DNA from: an uncultured Pelagibacteraceae bacterium
GTDB lineage: Bacteria > Pseudomonadota > Alphaproteobacteria > Pelagibacterales > Pelagibacteraceae
Direction: 5' to 3'
DNA length: 64,000 nt
NCBI GenBank assembly: GCA_902606835.1
Contig: CACLHW010000004.1
Span: 12,676 to 76,675, forward strand
A program made the position numbers and the translations under genes. Positions 26,973 through 36,497 of this stretch are shown piece by piece. The stretch's first letter is position 1. The number at the start of each line of letters is the position of its first letter. The notes beneath the pieces were generated by a model. The model worked only from the letters and a program-made list of their open reading frames with translations. It did no database searches and had not been told where the DNA came from.

Positions 26973-27803
26973 ATGAAAAACATATTTAAATTTTTCCTAT
27001 CTTCTATTGCTGCGTTAATGATATTTTTTTCAAGCGCGCAAGCAGATAGTATTAGAATAGGAACAGAAGGGGCTTACCCACCATGGAATGCAAAAGATGA
27101 GTCAGGAAAGTTAATTGGTTTTGAAGTTGAACTTGCTAATTGGCTTTGCATTTATATGGGAGCTGATTGTACTTTAGTCGAACAAGACTGGGACGGAATG
27201 ATTCCTGGATTGATTATGAGAAAGTATGATGCAATCATGGCCGGAATGTCTATTACCGACGAAAGAATGAAAACAATCAACTTTTCACAAGGTTATGCAG
27301 ATGAAGTTGCTTCTTTAGCAGTAATGAAGGGATCATCTCTTGAAGGAATGGATACTCCTAAAGCTATAAATTTATCTACAGGTGGTGGAGATGTTAAAAA
27401 AGCTTTAAAAACTTTAACAGCTGCACTTGCAGGAAAAACTATTGGTGTTCAAACAGCAACAATTCACCAAAATTTTTTAGAGTCCGGAGATGTTGGAAGT
27501 GTAAAAGTTAGAACTTACAAAACTCAAGACGAAGTAAATTTAGATTTGGCTGCTGGAAGAATAGATGCTGCTTTAGCTGCAGCAGTTGCTTTTACTGATT
27601 ATGCTGAAAAATCTGGAAAACCAGTTGTACTTGTTGGTCCAACTTTTTCTGGAGGAGCATTTGGTAATGGTGTTGGAGTAGGTATTAGAAAAGATGATAC
27701 TGATCTTTTAAAAAGATTTAACAACGCTATTAATAAAGCAAGAAAAAATGGAAAAATTAGCGAATTAGCCATCAAGTGGTTTGGCTTTGACGCTTCAATG
27801 TAA
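26973..27803 (+). CDS. ABC transporter periplasmic substrate-binding protein, polar amino acid/opine family (HisJ/ArgT/OccT-like)
   Basis: 276 aa with signal peptide ...IFFSSAQA. Family-3 SBP motifs are IRIGTEGAYPPW and DAIMAGMSITDER. A strong SD (AAGGGGGAA) precedes the ATG. Confidence 0.85.
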   Translation: MKNIFKFFLSSIAALMIFFSSAQADSIRIGTEGAYPPWNAKDESGKLIGFEVELANWLCIYMGADCTLVEQDWDGMIPGLIMRKYDAIMAGMSITDERMKTINFSQGYADEVASLAVMKGSSLEGMDTPKAINLSTGGGDVKKALKTLTAALAGKTIGVQTATIHQNFLESGDVGSVKVRTYKTQDEVNLDLAAGRIDAALAAAVAFTDYAEKSGKPVVLVGPTFSGGAFGNGVGVGIRKDDTDLLKRFNNAINKARKNGKISELAIKWFGFDASM

Positions 27804-27816
27804 TAGTTTAATTTTT

Positions 27817-27843
27817 AAGGCGATAGTTTAAGTCTATCGCCTT
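27817..27843 (+). promoter_or_regulatory. Intercistronic stem-loop between the binding-protein and permease genes
   Basis: Perfect 10-bp inverted repeat AAGGCGATAG / CTATCGCCTT with a 7-nt loop (TTTAAGT). There is no downstream U-tract, so it is more likely an mRNA-stabilising or attenuating hairpin than a full terminator. Confidence 0.5.
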
Positions 27844-27850
27844 AAAATCT

Positions 27851-28543
27851 ATGGGACTTTTAGCTTACGGAGATACAGGTTGGGGAGACGAGCTTTTTTT
27901 TGCAACTCTCATGACTATTGCCGTTGCAGCAGCAGCAATATTCATAGGATTTTTTTTAGCTGCAATTTTTGCTTCGTTCAAACTATCAAAAATAAAAATA
28001 TTAAATTTAATAGGAAGTTTTTATACTACTGTATTTAGAGGGGTTCCTGAACTTTTAGTAATATATCTATTTTTTTTTGGCGGTAGTGGCGCAGTAATGT
28101 ATGTAGCAAGAATTTTTGGATATGATGGATATATTGAAGTTAATGCTTTTTTAACTGGAGCTTTTTCTATAGGTATAATATCCGGAGCATACTCTACTGA
28201 AGTATTTCGAGGTGCAATTCAATCAATCAATAAAGGCCAATTTGAAGCTTCAAAAGTTTTGGGTTTTAAAAAGAAAATTTACTATTACAAAATAATAATT
28301 CCACAAATGTTAAGATTGGCATTACCCAATATAAGTAATGTCTGGCAAATTACTTTAAAAGATACATCATTGATTTCTGTAACAGGTCTAGTTGAAATCA
28401 TGAGACAATCTTATATTGCTGCGGGCTCTACAAGAGATCCATTATTTTTCTATTCGTTTGCTGCAGTTTTATATTTGTTTTTAACTTTTTTAAGTATGAG
28501 AATATTTAATAAATTAGAAAAATATTACAGTAGAGGATATTAG
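27851..28543 (+). CDS. ABC transporter permease (HisQ/OccQ-like)
   Basis: 230 aa, polytopic, with the polar amino acid permease pattern FRGVPELLVIYLFFFG. Confidence 0.85.
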   Translation: MGLLAYGDTGWGDELFFATLMTIAVAAAAIFIGFFLAAIFASFKLSKIKILNLIGSFYTTVFRGVPELLVIYLFFFGGSGAVMYVARIFGYDGYIEVNAFLTGAFSIGIISGAYSTEVFRGAIQSINKGQFEASKVLGFKKKIYYYKIIIPQMLRLALPNISNVWQITLKDTSLISVTGLVEIMRQSYIAAGSTRDPLFFYSFAAVLYLFLTFLSMRIFNKLEKYYSRGY

Positions 28544-29221
28544 ATGGACTTAGTTTTTGCTTTAGAAAACTTCCCAAGGTTATTAAAAGCCACAATATTG
28601 ACCATTGAATTAACCTTTCTCTCACTATTCTTTGGTATATTTGTAGGTGTTTTCTTTGCTATTTTAAGAGCAAGCAAAATAAAAATACTTTTTTTTATAT
28701 CTTACTACTATTCATATATTTTCAGAGGCACTCCACTATTAGTTCAAATTTTTATAATATATTTTGGTCTTGCTCAGTTAGAATGGATTAGAGAATCTTT
28801 TCTTTGGATTGTTTTAAAAGAACCTTATTCATGCGCTATTATTGCGTTTACACTTAATACAGGGGCTTATTCTTCAGAAATTTTTAGATCTGCTTTTGAA
28901 ACCATAAATAAAGGTATTGTTGAAGCTGCAGAAAGTTTAGGTCTAAATAAAATAAATACTTTTTTAAGAATCAAATTACCAATAGCAATAAGGCAATCGT
29001 TACCAGCTTATGGAAACGAAATGATATTAATGTTGAAAGGAACTTCTTTAGCTAGCACTGTTACCTTGCTAGATCTCACTGGTGTTGCAAAACACATTAT
29101 ATCTACCACTTTCAGACCTGTAGAAGTTTTTATTGTTGCCGGAAGTATATATCTGATAATTACTTTTATAATTCACAATATAATTAAATTTCTAGAAAAA
29201 AAATATAGCTTTAATAGCTAG
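28544..29221 (+). CDS. ABC transporter permease (HisM/OccM-like)
   Basis: 225 aa with FRGTPLLVQIFIIYFG and a SLGL...RIKLP EAA-like loop. It starts immediately after the previous stop. Confidence 0.85.
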   Translation: MDLVFALENFPRLLKATILTIELTFLSLFFGIFVGVFFAILRASKIKILFFISYYYSYIFRGTPLLVQIFIIYFGLAQLEWIRESFLWIVLKEPYSCAIIAFTLNTGAYSSEIFRSAFETINKGIVEAAESLGLNKINTFLRIKLPIAIRQSLPAYGNEMILMLKGTSLASTVTLLDLTGVAKHIISTTFRPVEVFIVAGSIYLIITFIIHNIIKFLEKKYSFNS

Positions 29222-29606
29222 TATATTCCTTAACCTCTGAAATTATAGAATTTGTATGAACATTTATTTTATGTTTAATCTCAGCTCTTTTGTCATTCTT
29301 AAAATGGATATCCCTAGAAATTTTTATAAATTTTTCGCCAAAATCTTTATCTTTTTCACACTGTCTTTTTAAATCCTCAATTTCCCATAGATCAGAATTT
29401 ATATTAGTCAGTTCTTTAACACAGTCTTTTAAAAAACCTTCGATTTTATCTAATTTATTTTTTTTCAATGTTTTCTTTAAAGATTTAAGTTCTCTTTCAA
29501 TAACAATAAGCTTTGCTTGATCCTTAATCTTAACCTTTTTGATTTCCAAAATACTTATTTTGTCAAATAGTTCACCAGCAGATACTTCTATTAGAATTTT
29601 ATTCAT
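29211..29606 (-). CDS. Conserved hypothetical protein, charged and helical
   Basis: 131 aa, K/E-rich, with N-terminus ILIEVSAGELFDKISILEIK. It lies divergent from a GT9 gene. I cannot assign a function. Confidence 0.5.
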   Translation of the reverse strand: MNKILIEVSAGELFDKISILEIKKVKIKDQAKLIVIERELKSLKKTLKKNKLDKIEGFLKDCVKELTNINSDLWEIEDLKRQCEKDKDFGEKFIKISRDIHFKNDKRAEIKHKINVHTNSIISEVKEYTSY

Positions 29607-29639
29607 TAAACTTTTTTAATATGATAAATTGTTAAAAAT

Positions 29640-30578
29640 ATGTCTAATATTTTAATCATTAAGCACGGATCTTTAGGTGATATATCACAAATAAGTGGTG
29701 CTCTTCGAGATATAAAAGAAACTTATAAAGATAATAAAATCTTTATTTTAACAACTTTACCTTATGTTGAGCTTTTAAGTAAATGTCCATATCTAGATGG
29801 TGTATTAATAGATAAAAGACTTCCCAGGTGGAATATATTATACCTCTTAAAACTTAAAAAATTATTAGATAAATTCAAATTTTCCCATGTCTACGATTTA
29901 CAAAATTCATCCAGAACTTCTTTTTACAGAAAGTTTTTATTAAATTATCCAGTTTGGAGTAGCACTAATACAGTATTAAAAAATGGAAAAAAAAAGAAAG
30001 ATTTTAATGAGGAGTCTGTTTTAGAAAGATTCAAAATTCAATTAGACACTTCTAATATTATTACTTCATACACATTGAAGCCGGATTTTTCTTGGGCAGC
30101 TGTGAATGTAGATAAAATAGTTAATAAATATTTTGGAAAGAACTTTATTTTACTATTTCCTTTTTGCTCTCCTAAACTTTCACACAAGAAATGGCCGTAT
30201 TATAATAATTTAATTAAAATTATAAAATCCAAGCATCCTAAAATTGAAATTGCAGTAGCTCCTGGCCCTAATGAAATTGATGAAGCAAAACAAATTGAAG
30301 CAATCTCAATAACAAATAATGAAGAACCACTAACCATAATGGAGTTGGCTGGTTTAATAAAAAAATCAAGTTATGTAATAGCAAATGATACTGGGCCAGC
30401 TCATATGGCTGCGCATCTTAATAAAGAAGGTATAGTTTTGTTTGGATATCATACAACACCAAAAAAAGTTTCTATTGAAACAGATAAGTTTAAAGCAATT
30501 AGTTCAAAAAATTTAAATGATATAACAGCTGAGAATGTTTATTCTACTATTAAGAATAAATTAGATTTAATTAATTAA
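29640..30578 (+). CDS. Family 9 glycosyltransferase (LPS heptosyltransferase-like)
   Basis: 312 aa with ILIIKHGSLGD near the N-terminus and the NDTGPAHMAA motif of GT9. Confidence 0.75.
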   Translation: MSNILIIKHGSLGDISQISGALRDIKETYKDNKIFILTTLPYVELLSKCPYLDGVLIDKRLPRWNILYLLKLKKLLDKFKFSHVYDLQNSSRTSFYRKFLLNYPVWSSTNTVLKNGKKKKDFNEESVLERFKIQLDTSNIITSYTLKPDFSWAAVNVDKIVNKYFGKNFILLFPFCSPKLSHKKWPYYNNLIKIIKSKHPKIEIAVAPGPNEIDEAKQIEAISITNNEEPLTIMELAGLIKKSSYVIANDTGPAHMAAHLNKEGIVLFGYHTTPKKVSIETDKFKAISSKNLNDITAENVYSTIKNKLDLIN

Positions 30579-31664
30579 TTTCAAATAATTTTTTACAACT
30601 TTATCCCAGTAAAAATTTTTTGAAAATTCTCTCGCATTTTTTCCATATTTTATAAAATTTTCACTTTCAAAAAAGTTAATAACAGATTCATAAATTGAAT
30701 TTAAATCGTTACCATCACAAATTAAGCCGGTCTTTTTATGAGAAATTGCATCAGAAGCGCCACCATCTTTCCCTCCTATGGAGCCAACTCCATAAGAAGC
30801 AGCTTCAATAAAAGATATTCCAAAACCTTCAACAGATTTTTTTTCTATTCTTGATGGCATTAAGTATAAATTAGATTCTTCAATGAGTGCGATTTTATAT
30901 TCAAAATCAATATTTTTTAAAAATACAACTTCATTTTCTATTTCTAATTCTTTTTTTAATTGAAGCAAATTATTTTCTTCTTTTCCCGATCCTATAGATA
31001 TGTATTTTATTTTTGGATATTTTGATTTTAAATTTTTAATTAACATTAAAATTTTATCATGACCTTTTCTTTTATCTAATCTTGATACTGTTATAATTTT
31101 TGGAAAAGCATCACCAAAAGCTTTTACAGCTTTATTTTTGGAAATATTGTTTACTGGTTTAGGTCTATTTACTCCTGGAAAAATCACATTTATTTTTGAA
31201 GAGTCTATACCAACCTTTATAGCCAATTCTTTTGTGAAATTTGAATTCGAAACAATAAAATCTGCATTGTTTGTGCTTCTTATTAATCTTTTGTTCAAAG
31301 ATGAACCAACCTCATGATTAATTTCTTTTGAATGTAATAGACATATTGTTTTAATTTTTTTTAAGTTTTCTGTTTTTACCAATTCTAAACTTTTCCAATG
31401 ATCTGCAATTAGTGCTCTAATACTTGTGTTAGTATTAATAAAGCTATTAATTAAATTTGCTTTTCTATATTTTCTAAAAAGTTTAATACCTTTTACTCTT
31501 TCAATATTTATTGATGATTTATTATCATAATTAATAGAGTCAGGTGATTCATAGGTAAATACTTTTACAGGACCGTGATTTAATAAACTTTCAGATAATC
31601 CACCCATTAATGTTTGAATTCCTCCAACATCTGGCGGAAAATTTCTCGTAACTATTAGAAACAT
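30567..31664 (-). CDS. Family 4 (GT-B) glycosyltransferase
   Basis: 365 aa with FPPDVGGIQT at the N-terminus and the EGFGISFIEAASYGV E-x7-E region. Confidence 0.8.
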   Translation of the reverse strand: MFLIVTRNFPPDVGGIQTLMGGLSESLLNHGPVKVFTYESPDSINYDNKSSINIERVKGIKLFRKYRKANLINSFINTNTSIRALIADHWKSLELVKTENLKKIKTICLLHSKEINHEVGSSLNKRLIRSTNNADFIVSNSNFTKELAIKVGIDSSKINVIFPGVNRPKPVNNISKNKAVKAFGDAFPKIITVSRLDKRKGHDKILMLIKNLKSKYPKIKYISIGSGKEENNLLQLKKELEIENEVVFLKNIDFEYKIALIEESNLYLMPSRIEKKSVEGFGISFIEAASYGVGSIGGKDGGASDAISHKKTGLICDGNDLNSIYESVINFFESENFIKYGKNAREFSKNFYWDKVVKNYLKLIN

Positions 31665-32215
31665 TATTTAAACCATTTTATGCTACAACCCATACTTGGA
31701 AATTGTTGTTGAGGACCTTTTCCTGTTTCTGCAATTAATTTCATAGCTTTTCTTAATTCTGTTTCTCCAGAATGTACAGGTTTCAATTTTTTTGCTTCCA
31801 AAATTCTGCCTCTATACTGAAGTTCTGAGTTTTTATTGTAGCCAAAAAAATCGGGCGTACAAACAGCAGAATATTTTTTTGCCACTAGTTGACTTTCATC
31901 ATAAAGATATGGAAAAGCAAAATTATTTTCTTTTGCAAATTTTTTCATATTTTCAAAAGAGTCTTCAGGGTACGTTTTTGTATCATTTGACATTATAGCT
32001 ACAGATTTTATGCCAACACTTTCAAGATACTTCGCATCATCTACCAGAAAGTTTATAACTGCTTGGACGTATGGACAATGGTTACAAATAAACATTATTA
32101 AATAACCATTTTCACCTTTTATATCATTTAAACTTACTAATTTATTTTCGGTAGACTGGAGATTAAACTCATGAGACTTTTCTCCAAAATTACATATAGG
32201 TGTAGATACTGCCAT
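31664..32215 (-). CDS. Thioredoxin-fold (AhpC/TSA-redoxin-like) protein
   Basis: 183 aa with a CNHCPYV CxxC-type motif in a redoxin-like context. Confidence 0.7.
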   Translation of the reverse strand: MAVSTPICNFGEKSHEFNLQSTENKLVSLNDIKGENGYLIMFICNHCPYVQAVINFLVDDAKYLESVGIKSVAIMSNDTKTYPEDSFENMKKFAKENNFAFPYLYDESQLVAKKYSAVCTPDFFGYNKNSELQYRGRILEAKKLKPVHSGETELRKAMKLIAETGKGPQQQFPSMGCSIKWFK

Positions 32216-32255
32216 CTGTTACTTATAAATTAAAATTTATTTAATATCCAGCCTA

Positions 32256-32870
32256 TTAAGGAATTAACCATTTTTTTTCAAGTTTTTTTTTATTTAAATT
32301 GAAATAAGCTCTTCTATGACCTTTAGCAGCTAGATATAACCACTCTATAGATTCAATATAAGTTTCGATAACACAAAAATTTTTGTAACCAATTTCACTT
32401 TCTTCTTTTGTATATTTTAAATTATCAACCTCAGTTGTTAGACCTGATGTAGGAATAGATACTTTTGTACCAGGCGCCTTATCACCTAAATAACATTGTC
32501 TACTTAAGTGAGCAGTATTTCCCCATGATTTTTGAGAAACATGATTTTGGTAATTAATTTTTGTGTATCCAGAAACTCTTAATTGAATTTTTTCGTTTTT
32601 GTCATAAAAAAGCAACACAGCTTTTGCATTTGATTTAAGAATTTTTATTTTATTAGATCTAATATCACTATGAAACCAAATTTTTTTTTCGTTCTCATCA
32701 ACTCCTCTTAAAACAACTATTCGACCATTTGATTTGTCTTTATTACCACATATAAATACAGGTATATGAAAAGGTAAGTTTCTATCTTTTAAACCCAGTT
32801 TAAAAAGTTCCCATATTCTGAGATAAACTTTATCTAAATCATTATAGTAGTCAGGTTTATTTTTTTGCAC
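32256..32870 (-). CDS. Pyridoxamine 5'-phosphate oxidase-related FMN-binding protein
   Basis: 204 aa. The split-barrel-like pattern (RIVVLRG...WFHSDIRSNKIKIL...LRVSG) suggests the PNPOx-like family. This is a weak call made by eye. Confidence 0.55.
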   Translation of the reverse strand: MQKNKPDYYNDLDKVYLRIWELFKLGLKDRNLPFHIPVFICGNKDKSNGRIVVLRGVDENEKKIWFHSDIRSNKIKILKSNAKAVLLFYDKNEKIQLRVSGYTKINYQNHVSQKSWGNTAHLSRQCYLGDKAPGTKVSIPTSGLTTEVDNLKYTKEESEIGYKNFCVIETYIESIEWLYLAAKGHRRAYFNLNKKKLEKKWLIP

Positions 32871-33743
32871 TTATTTTTTTCTTAATCTTTTTATTAAACT
32901 AGATGTATCCCATCTATTACCACCCATTTTTTGAATTTCTTCATAGTAACCATCTACAATTTTTGTAATAGGTAAGGGGGAGTTATTTTTATTGGCTTCG
33001 TCTATTGCGATTTTTAAATCTTTTCTCATCCAATCAACAGCAAAACCAAAATCAAATTTATCATCAATCATTGTTTTATATCTGTTTTCCATTTGCCAAG
33101 ATTGTGCTGCACCTTTTGATATTACATCAATAACATCTTCCATTTTAAGTCCTGAATTTAAACCAAAATTAATTGCTTCAGATAATCCTTCGACCAAACC
33201 TGCTATGCATATTTGATTTACCATTTTAGCCAACTGACCGTTTCCAGAAGGTCCTAATAATTGTACTTTTTTGCTATAACAGTTAATTACATTTTTTGCT
33301 TTGTTAAAGTCTTTTTCATCTCCACCAACCATAACAGTCAATGCACCTTTTTCTGCACCAGCCTGTCCTCCAGAAACAGGTGCATCTAAAAAACCAAAAC
33401 CATGAGCTTTAGCATTTTTATAAAGTTCTCTAGCAACTGTGGCGGAAGCTGTAGTGTTATCTATATAGACAGAACCTTTTTTGATACTATTAAAAAGTCC
33501 TTTTTTCCCGATAGCAACTTCCTTTAAATCATCATCGTTACCAACACAAGTAAAAACAAAATCAGAATCTTTAGCTGCTTCTTCAGGTGTGTTAGCAATT
33601 TTGCCTTTATATTCTTTTATCCATTTTTCAGCTTTTGATTTTGTTCTATTATAAACAGTTACATTATGCCCTGCTTTTGATATATGTCCTGCCATGGGGA
33701 AGCCCATTACGCCCAAACCAATAAAGGAAACTTTACAACTCAT
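32871..33743 (-). CDS. 3-hydroxyisobutyrate dehydrogenase-family NAD(P) oxidoreductase
   Basis: I prefer the start at MSCKVSFIGLGVMGFPMAGH (33743), the classic N-terminal dinucleotide fold. DAPVSGG and GNGQLAKMVNQ motifs are present. The track ORF extends to 33827. Confidence 0.8.
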   Translation of the reverse strand: MSCKVSFIGLGVMGFPMAGHISKAGHNVTVYNRTKSKAEKWIKEYKGKIANTPEEAAKDSDFVFTCVGNDDDLKEVAIGKKGLFNSIKKGSVYIDNTTASATVARELYKNAKAHGFGFLDAPVSGGQAGAEKGALTVMVGGDEKDFNKAKNVINCYSKKVQLLGPSGNGQLAKMVNQICIAGLVEGLSEAINFGLNSGLKMEDVIDVISKGAAQSWQMENRYKTMIDDKFDFGFAVDWMRKDLKIAIDEANKNNSPLPITKIVDGYYEEIQKMGGNRWDTSSLIKRLRKK

Positions 33744-33746
33744 AAT

Positions 33747-34970
33747 ATGATTATAAATATTGTTAAATCTAATTTCAAAATAATAATTTTTGGTTTTATT
33801 TTCACATTTTTTTCCTCTATAGGCCAAAGTTTTTTTATAGGTCTATTTAATTCAAGTATAAGAGAAGAATTAAACATTACACATGGAGAATTTGGGTCAC
33901 TTTATGGGATAGCTACATTATGTAGCAGTATAACTTTAATATGGTTAGGAAAAAAAATTGATGATTTAAAATTAGTTAACTACTCTATTTTAGTAACTAT
34001 ATTTTTGTTTATTGCAGCCTTATTTTTTTCCTTCGTTAATGGAATAATTTTATTATTTATTGGTGTATTTTTTTTAAGACTATCTGGCCAAGGACTTATG
34101 GCTCATACTGCATCAACAGCTATATCTAGGTACTTTGAAAGAAGAAGAGGAAAGGCTTTGAGTTATATTTGGCTTGGCATGTCTCTAGGCGAATTTATAT
34201 TACCTGTTTTAATCATTTATCTTCTATCATTTATTTACTGGAGAGATCTATGGGTACAAATTTCTATAATTATTTTATTAATTTTACCATTAGTTTCATT
34301 TATTACAGTGAAGGATATAAGTATTTTTTCGAGGGAAAAAGAAAATGGAAAAAGCAAACTTTCATTTATTAAAAATTGGACAAGAAAAGAAGTATTAAGT
34401 GATTTAAAATTTTATACAATGTTACCAACATTGTTGGCTCCTTCATTTATAATAACAGGTATAGTTATTAATCAATCATTTATAATAGATTCAAAGGGAT
34501 GGGATGATTTTGCAATAGCAAAAGCTTTTATGTTTTACTCACTACTTACTGTAGTAACTTTATTTTTTTCTGGATTATTAGTTGATAAATTTACAAGCAG
34601 AAAATTATTACCTATTTTGAATATTCCACTAATACTAAGTTTAATTATATTAATAACTTTAGATCATTCTTATTCAGCTTTCATTTTTATGGGACTTCTT
34701 GGTGTAACCAACGGTTTGACTAATGTTTTGTTATCATCATTATGGGCTGAAATTTATGGAGTAAATTATTTAGGATCAATTAAAGCTCTAACAGGCTCAT
34801 TGATGGTTTTTTCAACTGCATTAGCTACAGCAATATTCGGTTCATTAATCGATTTAGGATATTCAATAGAAAATATTGCTTTTTTATGTTTAATTTATAC
34901 AGCAATATCAATAATCCTTGTGTTAATTTTTCAAAAAACTTATAAGCCAGTTAAACAAAATAAAGCTTGA
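33747..34970 (+). CDS. MFS transporter
   Basis: About 12 hydrophobic segments. I prefer the ATG at 33747 (MIINIVKSNFKIIIFGF...). The track start at 33684 would overlap the divergent gene. Confidence 0.7.
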   Translation: MIINIVKSNFKIIIFGFIFTFFSSIGQSFFIGLFNSSIREELNITHGEFGSLYGIATLCSSITLIWLGKKIDDLKLVNYSILVTIFLFIAALFFSFVNGIILLFIGVFFLRLSGQGLMAHTASTAISRYFERRRGKALSYIWLGMSLGEFILPVLIIYLLSFIYWRDLWVQISIIILLILPLVSFITVKDISIFSREKENGKSKLSFIKNWTRKEVLSDLKFYTMLPTLLAPSFIITGIVINQSFIIDSKGWDDFAIAKAFMFYSLLTVVTLFFSGLLVDKFTSRKLLPILNIPLILSLIILITLDHSYSAFIFMGLLGVTNGLTNVLLSSLWAEIYGVNYLGSIKALTGSLMVFSTALATAIFGSLIDLGYSIENIAFLCLIYTAISIILVLIFQKTYKPVKQNKA

Positions 34971-35006
34971 TTTTGTTATTGCTTTTTAATAATCATTGCA
35001 CATCTT

Positions 35007-35468
35007 ATGGCACGAATTACTGTAGAAGACTGCTTGGAAAAAATTGAAAGCCAATACGACCTAGTATTATTAGCAAAAGAAAGAACTGCACAACTTAATT
35101 CTGGTGAAAAACCCCTAGTTTCGGAAGACAATGATAAAAATACTGTTATTGCACTTAGAGAAATAGGCGGAGGAAAGATTTCTATAAAAACAATTGAAGA
35201 TTCAGCTATTAATAAATTAAGAAAAGTACAGAGTGAGCCTACAGAACTAGAAGACTTAGATTTAGAACAAGAAGATGATTTTGACAAAATATACAAAGGG
35301 GAAATTTCAAAAAGTGGTGCAGCTATTTTACCATCAAAAAGAGTGAGAAAAATTCCAGAAAAAGTTTTAACGCCACCTAAAGCAGAAGAGGAATCCGGGG
35401 AAAATGAAAAAGAATCTGAAGAAGAAATTAAAAATGATTCTCCTAAAGAAGAAAATAAACCCGAGTAA
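35007..35468 (+). CDS. rpoZ: DNA-directed RNA polymerase subunit omega with a long acidic C-terminal extension
   Basis: The N-terminus MARITVEDCLEKI...YDLVLLAKERTAQL is canonical omega. The protein is 153 aa and ends in an E/K/S-rich tail. Confidence 0.85.
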   Translation: MARITVEDCLEKIESQYDLVLLAKERTAQLNSGEKPLVSEDNDKNTVIALREIGGGKISIKTIEDSAINKLRKVQSEPTELEDLDLEQEDDFDKIYKGEISKSGAAILPSKRVRKIPEKVLTPPKAEEESGENEKESEEEIKNDSPKEENKPE

Positions 35469-35510
35469 TATATAATTCATTTTAAATACATTGAAAACAA
35501 AGGTTTGTTT

Positions 35511-36497
35511 ATGAAAAGAACAGTCTCTGTAGCACCTATGATGGATTGCACAGATAGACATGATCGCTTTTTTTTACGTTTAATTAGTAAAAATGTAATG
35601 TTGTATTCAGAAATGGTAGCAACCAAATCTGCACTTCATGGTGATAGAAAAAAAATATTATCTTTTAGTCAAGAAGAAAAACCATTAGCACTTCAGGTCG
35701 GAGGTTCAGACAAAAAGGAATTATCTGAAGTTGCCAAAATAGCCGAGGATATGGGATACGACGAAATTAATATTAACCTAGGATGTCCTAGTAAAAAGGT
35801 TCAAAAAAATATGTTTGGTGCATGCTTGATGAAAGAACCAGATTTAGTTTCAGAATGCATTAACGAAATGGTAAATTCTTGTAATATTCCAGTTACAGCC
35901 AAAACAAGAATTGGTTTCGATGATACAGAAGATTTTAATTATTTAAACAACTTTATACTTAAAATGAAAAAGGCTGGATGCAAAACTTTTATATTACATG
36001 CACGTAAAGCAATTCTTAAAGGATTGACCCCAAAACAAAATTTAAATATCCCAAAGTTAAATTACGAAATGGTTTATAAAATAAAAAAAGAAAATCCAGA
36101 TTTAGAAATTATTGTTAATGGAGGTATTTCTAAAACCGAAGAAATAAAAAAACATTTAAAAATATGTAACGGAGTTATGATTGGAAGAGCTATTTATCAA
36201 AATCCATATTTTTTAACTGAAATAGAAAAAGAAATATTTAACACGAAAGACAATCCAACAAGAGAACAAATTGTTGAAGAATTATTAAAATATTTAGAGA
36301 AAGAAGTTAAGCTTGGCACAAAAGTTAATCATATAATGAGACATACAGTTGGATTATACCACGGACAAGTAGGATCAAAAAATTGGAAGAGATATTTAAG
36401 CGATAATATGATGGCTAGAGATTCAGACTTTCAAAAAGCAAAACACATAATGACAATTGTTCAAAATAATGAGAAAGTTAATCAACCTACTGCATGA
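35511..36497 (+). CDS. dusA: tRNA-dihydrouridine synthase A
   Basis: VAPMMDCTDRHDRFFLRLIS, INLGCPS and ILHARKA are DusA-type motifs. I prefer the ATG at 35511 over the TTG at 35505. Confidence 0.85.
   Translation: MKRTVSVAPMMDCTDRHDRFFLRLISKNVMLYSEMVATKSALHGDRKKILSFSQEEKPLALQVGGSDKKELSEVAKIAEDMGYDEININLGCPSKKVQKNMFGACLMKEPDLVSECINEMVNSCNIPVTAKTRIGFDDTEDFNYLNNFILKMKKAGCKTFILHARKAILKGLTPKQNLNIPKLNYEMVYKIKKENPDLEIIVNGGISKTEEIKKHLKICNGVMIGRAIYQNPYFLTEIEKEIFNTKDNPTREQIVEELLKYLEKEVKLGTKVNHIMRHTVGLYHGQVGSKNWKRYLSDNMMARDSDFQKAKHIMTIVQNNEKVNQPTA

Noticed and set aside
34976-35561. Minus-strand ORFs 34976-35296 and 35367-35561 opposite rpoZ and the dusA start
   Set aside because: They are S/F/I-rich low-complexity translations antisense to the canonical rpoZ, with no independent support.
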